DNA from: Candidatus Ratteibacteria bacterium
Lineage (GTDB): Bacteria > Ratteibacteria > UBA8468 > B48-G9 > DTJG01
DNA length: 25,419 nucleotides
Direction of reading: 5' to 3'
NCBI GenBank assembly: GCA_049971295.1
Contig: JBMFLH010000026.1
Coordinates: forward strand, 1 to 25,419
Numbering within the stretch: position 1 is the first letter of the stretch; every line of letters begins with the position of its first letter. The notes beneath the pieces are model-generated. The model was given only the letters and a program-made list of their open reading frames with translations, was not told the origin of the DNA and searched no databases. The translations under genes were made by a program, and so were the position numbers. Positions 16,156 to 25,419 of the stretch are shown here, piece after piece.

Positions 16156-17270
16156 TGGATAGAAAAACTGCCTGGATTATATTGAACATGATCAATGGAA
16201 TTGGGCCAGCAAGCATCAAGAAAATGCTGGAATTGTGCAAAAGTCCGCAGGAAATTTTGAACACAATGCCTTCGATCCTTGAAAAAATTATCCCCTCTCC
16301 AGCGGTTGAACAATTGAAAAAATGGAAACAACTTCCATGGGAACAGGAAATTGAAAAAGCTATAACCAGTGGTATTACAATAATCACTTGCGAAGACCCC
16401 CAGTACCCTGAAAACTTAAGGCAGATACCTGATCCTCCGACGGTTCTTTATATCAAAGGACGAATCCCTCAAGGAAGAGTTTCCCTTGCAATCGTAGGAA
16501 CAAGAAATCCATCATTTTATGGCTCAACAATGGCTGAAAAATTTGCTTCTATACTGGCATCATATGGCATTTGCATCGTCAGTGGTATGGCGCGCGGTAT
16601 TGATTCAATAGCTCATAAAGCAGCCTTGAAAATGAAAACACCGACTGTAGCTGTACTTGGTTCTGGGCTTGCAAATATATATCCTCCTGAAAATGAAAAA
16701 CTTGCAGAAAACATTGCTGAAAATGGCGCTCTGATATCAGAATTTCCTCTTGACACATTTCCTGAAAAATTCAATTTTCCAAGAAGAAACAGAATCATTT
16801 CAGGACTAAGCGACGCTGTTGTTGTAATAGAAGCTGGTTTAAGAAGCGGCGCCCTTATCACAGCGCATCTGGCTGTGGACCAGAACAAGGATGTTTTTGT
16901 TCTGCCGTCTGATGCTAACCGCATAACAGGAAGGGGTAATAATCAACTCATAAAAGAAGGAGCACTCCTCGTTGAAAGTCCCGAAGAAATAATACAACAG
17001 ATGAATTTAGAACCGTGTAAGGAGATCAGAAATTCAAATCATTCCGTTGAAAACATTCAGTTATCAGAAAAAGAAAAACTGGTTTATAATGTATTAAAAG
17101 GGAAAAGCATGAATTTTGAACAAATTCAGGCATGTGTGAATGGTCCGGTTTCAGAAATTATGCAGATACTTACAAATCTGGAAATAAAAGGACTTATTAA
17201 GGCAGGTCCCGGGCTGATCTATTCAGACAATAGGTCGGTCAAAAAAGAAAAAAATGAGGAGATAATATGA
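16155..17270 (+). CDS. dprA: DNA-processing protein DprA
   Basis: AIVGTR, VSGMARGIDSIAH, FPRRNRIISGLS, SGALITA; C-terminal winged helix. Confidence 0.95.
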   Translation: MDRKTAWIILNMINGIGPASIKKMLELCKSPQEILNTMPSILEKIIPSPAVEQLKKWKQLPWEQEIEKAITSGITIITCEDPQYPENLRQIPDPPTVLYIKGRIPQGRVSLAIVGTRNPSFYGSTMAEKFASILASYGICIVSGMARGIDSIAHKAALKMKTPTVAVLGSGLANIYPPENEKLAENIAENGALISEFPLDTFPEKFNFPRRNRIISGLSDAVVVIEAGLRSGALITAHLAVDQNKDVFVLPSDANRITGRGNNQLIKEGALLVESPEEIIQQMNLEPCKEIRNSNHSVENIQLSEKEKLVYNVLKGKSMNFEQIQACVNGPVSEIMQILTNLEIKGLIKAGPGLIYSDNRSVKKEKNEEII

Positions 17271-17833
17271 GAATATTCACCAGGATTGTTCAGACGCTTT
17301 TTATTTTGGCAGGAATTGTGCTGATATTTTTCCTTGCGCTTTACTGGATAAAACCAGAAATTCTGGTCAGGGCTCAGCACTATCTGGAAAAAAACTTGTT
17401 GAGAGCAGGCATTGTGGGGTTTTCCATGATACTGATGGGTCTTATATGGCTCGTTTACTGGTTTGACTTTCTTATCCGCACCAAAAGTATTTCTCTTGAC
17501 AACCCGCATGGAAAAGTAAGGATTTCTCTGAAGGCAATTGAGGAATTCATCTCAAAAAAAATTAGCACTCAGATGCCGAACATTACATCAATGAGTGTAA
17601 AAACCTCTCTGGGTTCGCATGGGCTTGAAACACTGATGCAGTTGAGAATTTCCGGTGGCTATAATATTCCAGAACTGACCTCCCAAATTCAGGAACTAAT
17701 AAAAAATTACCTTGAGGATGTCGTTGGCGTTGAAAGGGTCTCACATATTGAAATTGTTGTATCAAGCATAGCACCACCAGAGCAGGAAATTCAGGAAGGC
17801 GTATCAAATGAAAACAACAAAGAAACTGGTTGA
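17267..17833 (+). CDS. Alkaline shock response membrane anchor AmaP-like protein
   Basis: Two N-terminal transmembrane helices, then NPHGKVRISLKAIE...IPEL..QIQ..IK.YLE.VVG...IEIVV (Asp23-like fold pattern). Confidence 0.7.
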   Translation: MRIFTRIVQTLFILAGIVLIFFLALYWIKPEILVRAQHYLEKNLLRAGIVGFSMILMGLIWLVYWFDFLIRTKSISLDNPHGKVRISLKAIEEFISKKISTQMPNITSMSVKTSLGSHGLETLMQLRISGGYNIPELTSQIQELIKNYLEDVVGVERVSHIEIVVSSIAPPEQEIQEGVSNENNKETG

Positions 17834-18407
17834 AAATATCTTTCTGCAGCACGAGCAACTTGTTAGTTCTTTGAAAAAACGAGAGTTTGCGATTCAAATT
17901 GACAAAGCTGCTCGTATACTGGTTAATACACTCAAAAAAGGAAAGAAAATTCTTGTGTGTGGAAACGGCGGAAGTGCTGCAGATTGCCAACATTTCGCAG
18001 GAGAACTTGTTGGAAGATTTCAGATGGAAAGAAAACCCATATCATGTATTTCACTTACAACAAACACATCCATAATCACAGCGATAGGAAACGATTATTC
18101 GTTTAACAGAGTTTTTTCAAGACAGATTGAAGCAATAGGCAACAGGGAAGATGCTCTGATTTTGATTTCAACATCAGGAAAATCAGCCAATATTATTGAT
18201 GCCGCAAGGACAGCAAAAACATTAGGAATGAAAACAATTGGACTTACTGGCTCTTCTCCAAATCCTCTGTCCAACATTGTTAACATCTGTATTGCTGTTC
18301 CATCTACATCCACGCCAAGAATTCAAGAAATTCACTCTATCATCATACACATACTCTGTCATATCATCGAGCAAGAACTATTCAGCCATGAAGTCGAAAA
18401 AAATTAA
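17808..18407 (+). CDS. gmhA: D-sedoheptulose 7-phosphate isomerase
   Basis: CGNGGSAADCQHFAGELVGRF, GNDY, ISTSGKS, RIQEIH. Confidence 0.94.
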   Translation: MKTTKKLVENIFLQHEQLVSSLKKREFAIQIDKAARILVNTLKKGKKILVCGNGGSAADCQHFAGELVGRFQMERKPISCISLTTNTSIITAIGNDYSFNRVFSRQIEAIGNREDALILISTSGKSANIIDAARTAKTLGMKTIGLTGSSPNPLSNIVNICIAVPSTSTPRIQEIHSIIIHILCHIIEQELFSHEVEKN

Positions 18408-18867
18408 GTCGCTGAAAGAATTACAGAAAATCGTGGAAAATCTAAAAATTCAGAAAAAGAAGATTGTGTTTACAAACGGCTGTTTTGACATTCTCCACGC
18501 AGGGCATCTTCATCTGCTTGAAAAGGCAAAAAAGAAAGGAGACATTTTGATAGTTGGGTTAAACAGCGATGAATCAGTAAGAAAATTGAAAGGCAATAAT
18601 CGTCCCATTATTCCTGAAAAAGATAGAGCGTATCTTCTTTCAGGTTTATCCTGTGTGGACTATTGCGTAATATTTAATGAAGAAACTCCGGCGCACGTGA
18701 TCAAAGCGATAAGGCCCGATGTTCTTGTGAAAGGAGCAGATTACAAACACGGTGAAATCGTGGGAGAAGATATCGTTAGAGCTCACAAGGGCAAGGTATT
18801 GAGAATTCCTATTTTGAAAGGGAAATCAACCACAGGCATAATAAAAAAGATTTATGAAAATCGCTAA
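18388..18867 (+). CDS. rfaE2: D-glycero-beta-D-manno-heptose 1-phosphate adenylyltransferase (HldE C-terminal / HldC)
   Basis: FTNGCFDILHAGH, VGLNSDESV.KLKG..RP, VLVKGADY, STT; start set to ATG 18388. Confidence 0.9.
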   Translation: MKSKKIKSLKELQKIVENLKIQKKKIVFTNGCFDILHAGHLHLLEKAKKKGDILIVGLNSDESVRKLKGNNRPIIPEKDRAYLLSGLSCVDYCVIFNEETPAHVIKAIRPDVLVKGADYKHGEIVGEDIVRAHKGKVLRIPILKGKSTTGIIKKIYENR

Positions 18868-19810
18868 TCCCCTTAGAATCATAGACGCAAATTTTAACAG
18901 GGTGAGAGAAGCATTAAGGGTTATTGAAGATACTTTAAGGTTCTCCAACGCAGGAAAAATTGCAACTTCAAAAATCAGAAGCATAAAACACCTTCTATGT
19001 AATGAATATTTCAAAACTTTTGGGTATCGGGCGCTTACAACAAGAGATATAATCGCTGACCCAGGTAAGCAAAATAAACCGTACCGGGTAGATTCATTAA
19101 AACAAATTATGATTCGCAATTTTATGAGAGTAGAAGAAGGACTAAGATGTATTGAAGAATGCTCGCGAATTGTAAGCCCTGACAGTACACGCATCTGGCA
19201 GGCATTAAGATTCAAAATTTATGAAATAGAACAGCAGATTATTACCAGAATTCCCGATCATGCAATTTTACCTCGCTTTTCAGGCATCTATACAGGTGCT
19301 GACACCTGTCTCAAAATTATCAACAAAATCTTGCCAGATCTTGTCATCGTAAAACCTGGAAAAAATGTAAAAACAGATTTAGAACATTTAAAAAAAATAA
19401 AAAAAGTTGCGAAAAAAACCATTGTTCTTGTTGAGAATAGACCTGATATTGTGCTGATATCAAACATTGATGGGGTACATCTTGAACCTGACGCAATGAA
19501 TCCAGAACACGCAAGTAAAGTCATTCCCGGCAAAATCATAGGTGTGGTAGCGTGTGATGTAAAATTGCAAAAATTTTATGAAACTGGTATTTCTTACATC
19601 GCATTTTACAACTATGCTGAGATGGCACGACTCTTGACGAAACACAAAAAAAACATTAAATTATTGACCGCAGCGATAGTCAATTCCCGCCAGGAAGCAA
19701 AAAGGACGATAGAAAAACGTGCTGATGGCGTGATTATAAAAAGTGATATCCTGCAAGAAGTGATAGAGACAACTAAATTGATAAAGGAACAGTATGGAAA
19801 AGAAACCTGA
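18854..19810 (+). CDS. ThiD2-domain + degenerate thiamine-phosphate-synthase-like TIM barrel
   Basis: RIIDANFNRVREALRVIED...NFMRVEEGLRCIEE...LRFKIYEIE (ThiD2-type N-domain); the barrel retains only RPDI, DGVHL and IIGV. Confidence 0.75.
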   Translation: MKIANPLRIIDANFNRVREALRVIEDTLRFSNAGKIATSKIRSIKHLLCNEYFKTFGYRALTTRDIIADPGKQNKPYRVDSLKQIMIRNFMRVEEGLRCIEECSRIVSPDSTRIWQALRFKIYEIEQQIITRIPDHAILPRFSGIYTGADTCLKIINKILPDLVIVKPGKNVKTDLEHLKKIKKVAKKTIVLVENRPDIVLISNIDGVHLEPDAMNPEHASKVIPGKIIGVVACDVKLQKFYETGISYIAFYNYAEMARLLTKHKKNIKLLTAAIVNSRQEAKRTIEKRADGVIIKSDILQEVIETTKLIKEQYGKET

Positions 19811-21629
19811 ATTGCCAAAAGACGCATTTGTCAGAGGAATTATTATGTGGCTGTTATTGGGGGTGCTATTGTTTCTTGTTGTCAGAACAGGGACAATGAT
19901 GTCAGAAAACAGGAAAACCTTAAACTATAGTGATTTCATTGAAGAGGTAGAAAAGGGCAATGTTCAGGGAACACTACTTATTAAACGCGGCTATATATAT
20001 GGAAACTTGAAAGATGGAACAAAATTTCAAACATATGCTGGCGAGGACCCTGACTTAATAAAAATTCTGCGCGAAAATAAAACATCTTTTAAGGTTGAAC
20101 CTGCATCTGACTTCTGGGCCGGACTTTTTATTAACTTGATTCCTGTCATTTTAATTGTCGGCTTTTTCCTTTTCCTGATAAACAGGCAGGCAACAAGTGA
20201 AAGCAATAAGGTTTTTTCTTTCAGCCGAAGCAGACCAACAATGCCTGACAGCAAGAACAGAGTCACATTTGCAGATGTCGCCGGGTCTGAAGAAGCAAAG
20301 GAAGAGTTAAAGGAAATTATTGAATTTCTAAAAGACCCGAAAAAATTCCAGCGACTTGGCGGTAAAATCCCAAAGGGTGTACTTTTGATAGGTCCACCAG
20401 GAACAGGAAAAACTCTTCTTGCAAAAGCTGTCGCAGGAGAAGCTGGCGTGCCATTTCTGGGCATGAGCGGCTCTGATTTTGTGGAAATGTTTGTTGGAGT
20501 TGGTGCCGCACGAGTAAGGGACCTGTTCAGGCAGGCAAAACGGCTTGCGCCTTCTATTGTCTTTATTGATGAAATTGATGCTGTTGGCAGGCAGAGATTC
20601 GCTGGACTTGGCGGCGGTCACGATGAGAGGGAACAAACACTGAACCAGCTTCTCGTTGAGATGGATGGATTTGTCACAGACCAGGGAATTATTGTAATGG
20701 CAGCAACCAATAGACCTGATGTTCTGGACCCTGCTCTCACACGGCCAGGAAGATTCGACAGAACCGTGGTGGTAGGTCTTCCGGATATCAAAGAAAGGGA
20801 AGCCATACTTAAGGTGCACACAAGAAATAAACCCCTTGGTCCAACAGTTGACCTTTCTGTCATCGCAAGAAGTACTCCAGGACTTTCTGGAGCTGACTTG
20901 GCAAACATTGCAAATGAGGCAGCCCTGCTTGCAGCAAGGAGGAATAAAAATCAAATAGATATGGAAGAATTTGAAGCAGCAAAAGACAAAATTCTGATGG
21001 GAGTTGAAAGGAAAAGTCTGGTGATCAGCGAAGAAGAGAAAAAAATCATTGCATACCACGAAGCAGGTCATACAATTGTTCAACTTTCGTTGCCGGAATT
21101 GCATCCTGTTCATAAGGTCACCATTATTCCTCATGGCCAGGCGCTTGGAATCACCCATGTTCTTCCTGAAAAAGATAAATTTATTGAGAGCGACACATAT
21201 TTCAGAAATACCCTTGCTTCTCTCCTGGCAGGACGGGTTACAGAAAAAATTGTGTTTGGAAAGATGTTTACTGGAAGCGAAAATGACCTGAAAATAGCAA
21301 CAGAAATAGCAAGAAAAATGGTCTGTGAATGGGGAATGAGTGAAAGACTGGGACCTGTAAGTTTCAAAGAACACGAAGCAGTTTTTTTAGGAAGAGACCT
21401 TGTTCAGCAGAGAAATTTAAGCGAAGCCACAAACCAGGAAATTGATCACGAAATCAAATCGATTCTTGAAAAGGCATCGCAGACCGCATTTGAAATTATT
21501 ATGAAAAATCGCGAAAAACTTGACTTACTTGTAAAAGAACTTCTTGAACATGAAACACTAAATTCTGAACAGATACGAAAAATTCTTGGAGGCGAACATG
21601 AGCAAGAACCTGCCAGAGAAGGAGATTGA
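19794..21629 (+). CDS. ftsH: ATP-dependent zinc metalloprotease FtsH
   Basis: Two transmembrane helices, [41 protein letters not shown]. Confidence 0.98.
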   Translation: MEKKPELPKDAFVRGIIMWLLLGVLLFLVVRTGTMMSENRKTLNYSDFIEEVEKGNVQGTLLIKRGYIYGNLKDGTKFQTYAGEDPDLIKILRENKTSFKVEPASDFWAGLFINLIPVILIVGFFLFLINRQATSESNKVFSFSRSRPTMPDSKNRVTFADVAGSEEAKEELKEIIEFLKDPKKFQRLGGKIPKGVLLIGPPGTGKTLLAKAVAGEAGVPFLGMSGSDFVEMFVGVGAARVRDLFRQAKRLAPSIVFIDEIDAVGRQRFAGLGGGHDEREQTLNQLLVEMDGFVTDQGIIVMAATNRPDVLDPALTRPGRFDRTVVVGLPDIKEREAILKVHTRNKPLGPTVDLSVIARSTPGLSGADLANIANEAALLAARRNKNQIDMEEFEAAKDKILMGVERKSLVISEEEKKIIAYHEAGHTIVQLSLPELHPVHKVTIIPHGQALGITHVLPEKDKFIESDTYFRNTLASLLAGRVTEKIVFGKMFTGSENDLKIATEIARKMVCEWGMSERLGPVSFKEHEAVFLGRDLVQQRNLSEATNQEIDHEIKSILEKASQTAFEIIMKNREKLDLLVKELLEHETLNSEQIRKILGGEHEQEPAREGD

Positions 21630-22170
21630 AAAAGCCATAGCAAACATTATTAAAGCTATTGGTGAAGATCCATCAAGAAAAGGGCTTAGGGATACACCAA
21701 AAAGAGTCGCGAGAATGTACTGCGACATCTTTTCTGGTATCCATACCAATCCCGAAGATATTCTTGGCAGGGTTTTTCACGAAGAATATAATGAACTGGT
21801 CCTGCTCAAAGAAATACCCCTGTATTCAATGTGCGAGCATCATTTGCTTCCATTTTTTGGACATGCTCACATCGCATATCTTCCAGACGGCAAAAGAATC
21901 GTTGGCATCAGCAAACTTGCAAGGTTGGTTGATGTTTATGCAAAAAGACCGCAGGTTCAGGAAAGATTGACAAATCAGATTGTTGATACGATCATGAAGG
22001 TATTGCAGCCCCAGGGAGCAATGGTTGTAATTGAAGCAGAACATATGTGCATGATTATGAGGGGAGTCAAAAAGCCTGGCACAAAAATTGTTACATCGGC
22101 AATGCGCGGAATTTTCTTAAGAGACATAAGAACAAGATCCGAAGCCCTCAATCTTATTATGGCAAAATAG
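21598..22170 (+). CDS. folE: GTP cyclohydrolase I
   Basis: [49 protein letters not shown] upstream of ATG 21598. Confidence 0.96.
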   Translation: MSKNLPEKEIEKAIANIIKAIGEDPSRKGLRDTPKRVARMYCDIFSGIHTNPEDILGRVFHEEYNELVLLKEIPLYSMCEHHLLPFFGHAHIAYLPDGKRIVGISKLARLVDVYAKRPQVQERLTNQIVDTIMKVLQPQGAMVVIEAEHMCMIMRGVKKPGTKIVTSAMRGIFLRDIRTRSEALNLIMAK

Positions 22171-23386
22171 AAAACTTCTCAGAACACAGATATTCCATAT
22201 TTTCCAGCTTAATAGTTGATTCAGGATATATCTCAATAAGCACACCACAAAGATTTTTTTCTGAACGGATCATCGCAGGAATGTAATTTTCAGTATAACC
22301 GGTCCAGAACTCGTTGACTCGTCGTTCAATAAGCACTGTATTTTTCTTACCAACAAATGACCTTTTTACCCCGCTGGAAACTGAGTTTGCTATTTCAATC
22401 ATTTTTAAAACCCTTTCTTTTTTTGTTTTTTCAGCAACCACCCCGGGTAAATGCGATGCCGACGTTTGTGAATGTGGACTGAACGGAAACACATGAACCT
22501 TTAAAAATCCACATTCTAAAATCGCGTTTATACTCATTTCAAAATCCTGTTCTGTTTCTCCTGGAAAGCCAACCATGATATCAGTACTGAATCCTGCAGA
22601 TGGAAAAACTGTTTTTATTCTGTTCAAACGTTCTTTATACTCATGATACTTATAAGGTCGGCCCATTTTCCCAAGAATTCTGGAAGAACCACTCTGAAGA
22701 GGAACATGAAACGAAGGACAGAAATTTTTGCAGCGCACCAGAATTTCCAGAAGTTTATCCGTAATATAAAACATTTCAATTGAACTAAATCTGAATCTTG
22801 CCAGCCCTTCAATCACGCTGATTTTTTGTATCAACTCGGTCAGGTCAGAACCAGTATCTTTTCCATAACTTCCAAGGTCTATGCCTGTAAGAACAATCTC
22901 ACGAAAACCATTGTTTATCAACTTTCTGATTTCTTCAACAATTTCATCGATCTGTCTGCTTCTAATTTTTCCTCTCACATAAGGAACGATACAATAGGTA
23001 CAAAAGTTTTCACATCCGTCAACAACCTTAACAAATGCACGAGTATGACCATAAAAATTTTCAATCCCTCTTATTCCAAAAGTTCTTACCTCGTGGTATA
23101 ATTGCTCCCTACGAAGTGTTTTAACATCAGGGAACAATGAAATTATGTCATCCTTTTCAACCCAGCAACCAGTCACCCACACCCTTTTCCCATCTTTCAA
23201 CAATTTTCTTATCAATTTTCTTGCTTCGCTCTCTGCCTTTTTTGTCACACAACAGGTATTGATTAAAGCAATGTCATAGGATATGTTCACAGGTTCATAG
23301 CCCTGCCTGGATAACAATTCCCTGAAAACCTGACTGTCATATTGATTTGCTTTACACCCAAATGTAAAAATCTTTATTTTTTCCAT
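22157..23386 (-). CDS. mtaB: tRNA t6A37 methylthiotransferase (radical SAM, MtaB-type)
   Basis: [48 protein letters not shown]; start set to 23386. Confidence 0.88.
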   Translation of the reverse strand: MEKIKIFTFGCKANQYDSQVFRELLSRQGYEPVNISYDIALINTCCVTKKAESEARKLIRKLLKDGKRVWVTGCWVEKDDIISLFPDVKTLRREQLYHEVRTFGIRGIENFYGHTRAFVKVVDGCENFCTYCIVPYVRGKIRSRQIDEIVEEIRKLINNGFREIVLTGIDLGSYGKDTGSDLTELIQKISVIEGLARFRFSSIEMFYITDKLLEILVRCKNFCPSFHVPLQSGSSRILGKMGRPYKYHEYKERLNRIKTVFPSAGFSTDIMVGFPGETEQDFEMSINAILECGFLKVHVFPFSPHSQTSASHLPGVVAEKTKKERVLKMIEIANSVSSGVKRSFVGKKNTVLIERRVNEFWTGYTENYIPAMIRSEKNLCGVLIEIYPESTIKLENMEYLCSEKFSILP

Positions 23387-23387
23387 G

Positions 23388-24155
23388 TCATTTTGTAAGA
23401 CCAAAAAATTTCATTGCATTGTGCGTGGAAATTTTTGCAATTTCGTAGGTTGAGATCTTTCTAATCCTTGCAAACTCCTCAACAACAAATCTGACAAAAC
23501 GTGGTTCATTTCTCTTTCCCCTGTATGGATGTGGAGCAAGATACGGAGCATCTGTTTCAAAAAATACTCTGTCAAGATTGACTTTTTCTACCATTTTTCT
23601 TACACTGACAGCATTACGAAAAGTGATAAGGCCGGTGAACGAAACATAAAATCCAGATGCCATCATCCACTCAAGCATTTTCTCATCTCCGCTGAAGCAA
23701 TGGAATACCACTTTTGAGGGCATCCTTTCACTTTCAAAAATTTGCATAATTTCGCTTTCTGCCTCACGCTGGTGAACAATCAATGGAAGGTTAAATCTTG
23801 CAGCAAATCTAATATGTTTTTTGAACAACTCAATCTGGGCTTCCTTTTTTGAATTTTGATAAAAAAAATCAAGACCTGTTTCACCAATGGCAATTACCTT
23901 ATTGTTTTCAACAAGTTTCATGCACTGATAAAAAACATCGTCGTTCGCAGAGTTAGCACTATGCGGATGAATTCCGGTTGCAGCATAAACAAAATCAAAT
24001 TCCCGCGCAATTTCACACGCTCTTTTGCTTGAAGGCAAATCAGTTCCTGGATTGATAATCAAGGATACCTTTTCAGCGAATGCCTGTTCTATTACCTGCT
24101 CGCGGTCTGCGTCAAAATCCGGAAAATCCAGGTGACAGTGTGTATCAGCAAACAT
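23388..24155 (-). CDS. tatD: TatD-family nuclease
   Basis: DTHCHL, GIHPH, IGETGLD, HCFSG, ETDAPYLAP..RGKRNEP. Confidence 0.93.
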   Translation of the reverse strand: MFADTHCHLDFPDFDADREQVIEQAFAEKVSLIINPGTDLPSSKRACEIAREFDFVYAATGIHPHSANSANDDVFYQCMKLVENNKVIAIGETGLDFFYQNSKKEAQIELFKKHIRFAARFNLPLIVHQREAESEIMQIFESERMPSKVVFHCFSGDEKMLEWMMASGFYVSFTGLITFRNAVSVRKMVEKVNLDRVFFETDAPYLAPHPYRGKRNEPRFVRFVVEEFARIRKISTYEIAKISTHNAMKFFGLTK

Positions 24156-24171
24156 TGTTTCGCCTTTTCTG

Positions 24172-24200
24172 TTTACACAGGTGTTTTTGTATTTTATAAT
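24172..24200 (+). promoter_or_regulatory. Sigma70 promoter (leaderless geometry)
   Basis: TTTACA-17-TATAAT; ATG starts 6 nt after the -10 (24207); no Shine-Dalgarno. Confidence 0.7.
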
Positions 24201-24206
24201 TTTACC

Positions 24207-25316
24207 ATGATAAACATTATCGAAACAGGCATATTATACTCAAACCCAAAGCCATATCTTAAAAGCGAACATGCTTATTTTCCATCTGTTGCGCAATTGC
24301 CTGATGGCAAACTGATTGCCGTTTATGCACTTGGCGAAGCATTTGAAGCCATCAACTTACATACTCACGTTTCTTTCTCAAATGATAGCGGTAAAACCTG
24401 GAGTTATGTAGGGAGATTACCTAATGAAACGAAAAACAAAATCACATCAGATGCTTCACGAATTACAGCATTATCGGACGGAGGACTTGTTATTCTAACA
24501 TGCATTTATGATAGAACCGAGCATACCGAAGAAGGATTAACAAATCCTGAAACACTTGGTTTTGTGCCAACGACATTTGTTCTTATCTTTTCTCATGATG
24601 GGGGTAAAACATTTTCCGTTCCGCAACAAATAATTCCACCTATTATTGGCCCATGTTTTGAGTTGTGCTGCCCCATTACAGTACTTTCTGACGGTACCTG
24701 GCTCATACCCACATCAACCTGGAAAGCATGGGATGGGAGTTGTCCGTTTGGGATGAAGGCAATTGCCCTTATTTCGAGGGATAAAGGGAAAAACTGGAAC
24801 GAATATACGGTGGTGATGGACGCTTATAGCAAAGGTATTATCTTTTGGGAATCAAAAATCATTGAAATGTCGGATGGAAACCTTGTCGCTGTCGCCTGGG
24901 CATATGACGAAAAAAATAAAATTGACCTTCCAAACCATTTTGCAGTCAGCAATGACAGGGCCAAAACATGGACAGAACCACTTTCCACTGACCTACAAGG
25001 ACAAACCCTTATCCCAATTGTTCTCAAAAATGGAAAATTATTGAGTGTTTACAGAAGATTGGATAAACCAGGGCTGTGGGCAGCCATTTCCCGCATTGAA
25101 AAAACGCGCTGGATTACAGAACAGCAAATCCCGATGTGGGCAGCAAATACCTCTGGATTAACAGGCAACACGAAGAATCCCGCAACAGATTTTCATGTGC
25201 TGAGGTTCGGAGCTCCATCAATGATAAGATTAATTGATGATTCAATTTTCCTCACCTTCTGGTGTTATGAAAACTGTATTTCAGTCATTCGCTGGTTTTT
25301 GATTAATGAGATATAA
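24207..25316 (+). CDS. Asp-box (BNR) beta-propeller, sialidase-fold protein
   Basis: Four Asp-boxes: SNDSGKTW, SHDGGKTF, SRDKGKNW, SNDRAKTW; no signal peptide. Confidence 0.82.
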   Translation: MINIIETGILYSNPKPYLKSEHAYFPSVAQLPDGKLIAVYALGEAFEAINLHTHVSFSNDSGKTWSYVGRLPNETKNKITSDASRITALSDGGLVILTCIYDRTEHTEEGLTNPETLGFVPTTFVLIFSHDGGKTFSVPQQIIPPIIGPCFELCCPITVLSDGTWLIPTSTWKAWDGSCPFGMKAIALISRDKGKNWNEYTVVMDAYSKGIIFWESKIIEMSDGNLVAVAWAYDEKNKIDLPNHFAVSNDRAKTWTEPLSTDLQGQTLIPIVLKNGKLLSVYRRLDKPGLWAAISRIEKTRWITEQQIPMWAANTSGLTGNTKNPATDFHVLRFGAPSMIRLIDDSIFLTFWCYENCISVIRWFLINEI

Positions 25317-25419
25317 TGAAAGCATAGTGCCCTGGTAGTAAAATAAGAAGAAAAAAGAGGATGAGCGCTATGCGATATATAGGAGTAGATCAGCACAAGA
25401 AGTTCTCGTATATAGCGGT
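25312..25419 (+). mobile_element. Left end of an IS110-family (probably IS1111-type) insertion sequence, truncated by the window
   Basis: Short non-coding end starting near TATAATG, followed by the transposase start; exact boundary uncertain. Confidence 0.6.
25370..25419 (+). CDS. IS110-family DEDD transposase/recombinase, N-terminal 16 codons only
   Basis: MRYIGVDQHKKFSYIA(V) matches the Y-x-G-x-D-x-H-K start carrying the first catalytic Asp; AGAGGA RBS 8 nt upstream. Confidence 0.72.
   Translation, partial: MRYIGVDQHKKFSYIA

Noticed and set aside
15013..17270. dGTPase + DprA as an anti-phage system
   Set aside because: Both look like ordinary housekeeping forms embedded in a core operon; no PRTase partner or defence-island context.
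20328..21374. 348-aa antisense ORF inside ftsH, plus the many smaller antisense or alternate-frame ORFs in the track
   Set aside because: Fully shadow well-conserved genes and have no recognisable motifs or RBS; typical codon-bias artefacts.
1..25419. CRISPR arrays, tRNA/rRNA genes, long tandem repeats
   Set aside because: None seen by eye in any intergenic region; a covariance-model scan was not possible.

Overview
AT-rich bacterial chromosomal window, probably from an anaerobic diderm (LPS heptose genes, NiFe hydrogenase); taxonomy cannot be fixed from sequence alone. (1) 1-5214, minus strand: a group 4 membrane-type [NiFe]-hydrogenase operon. Its large subunit runs off the left edge and is missing from the ORF track. 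The operon is led by a HydB/AsrA-like plus HydG/AsrB-like NAD(P)H diaphorase pair and a four-cluster Fe-S protein, and is preceded by a near-consensus sigma70 promoter and a Rex-like operator. (2) 5300-7113: a decaying two-gene unit (Zn-finger/HD gene broken by one in-frame TAA; Fe-S-associated protein that has lost conserved Cys) plus unexplained intergenic structure. (3) 7200-13180, minus strand: Gfo/Idh/MocA oxidoreductase, IolE-like TIM barrel, 1011-aa secreted glycoside-hydrolase-like protein, CapA-family lipoprotein. (4) 13253-22170, plus strand: 11 overlapping genes (nth, stand-alone LigD phosphoesterase, NlpD-like, dGTPase, dprA, AmaP-like, gmhA, heptose adenylyltransferase, degenerate ThiE, ftsH, folE), apparently from a leaderless promoter. 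(5) tatD-mtaB on the minus strand, a divergent leaderless Asp-box beta-propeller gene, and at the right edge the start of an IS110-family transposase not in the ORF track. The best candidate for an undescribed system is a Rex-controlled, NAD(P)H-linked membrane-bound hydrogenase.
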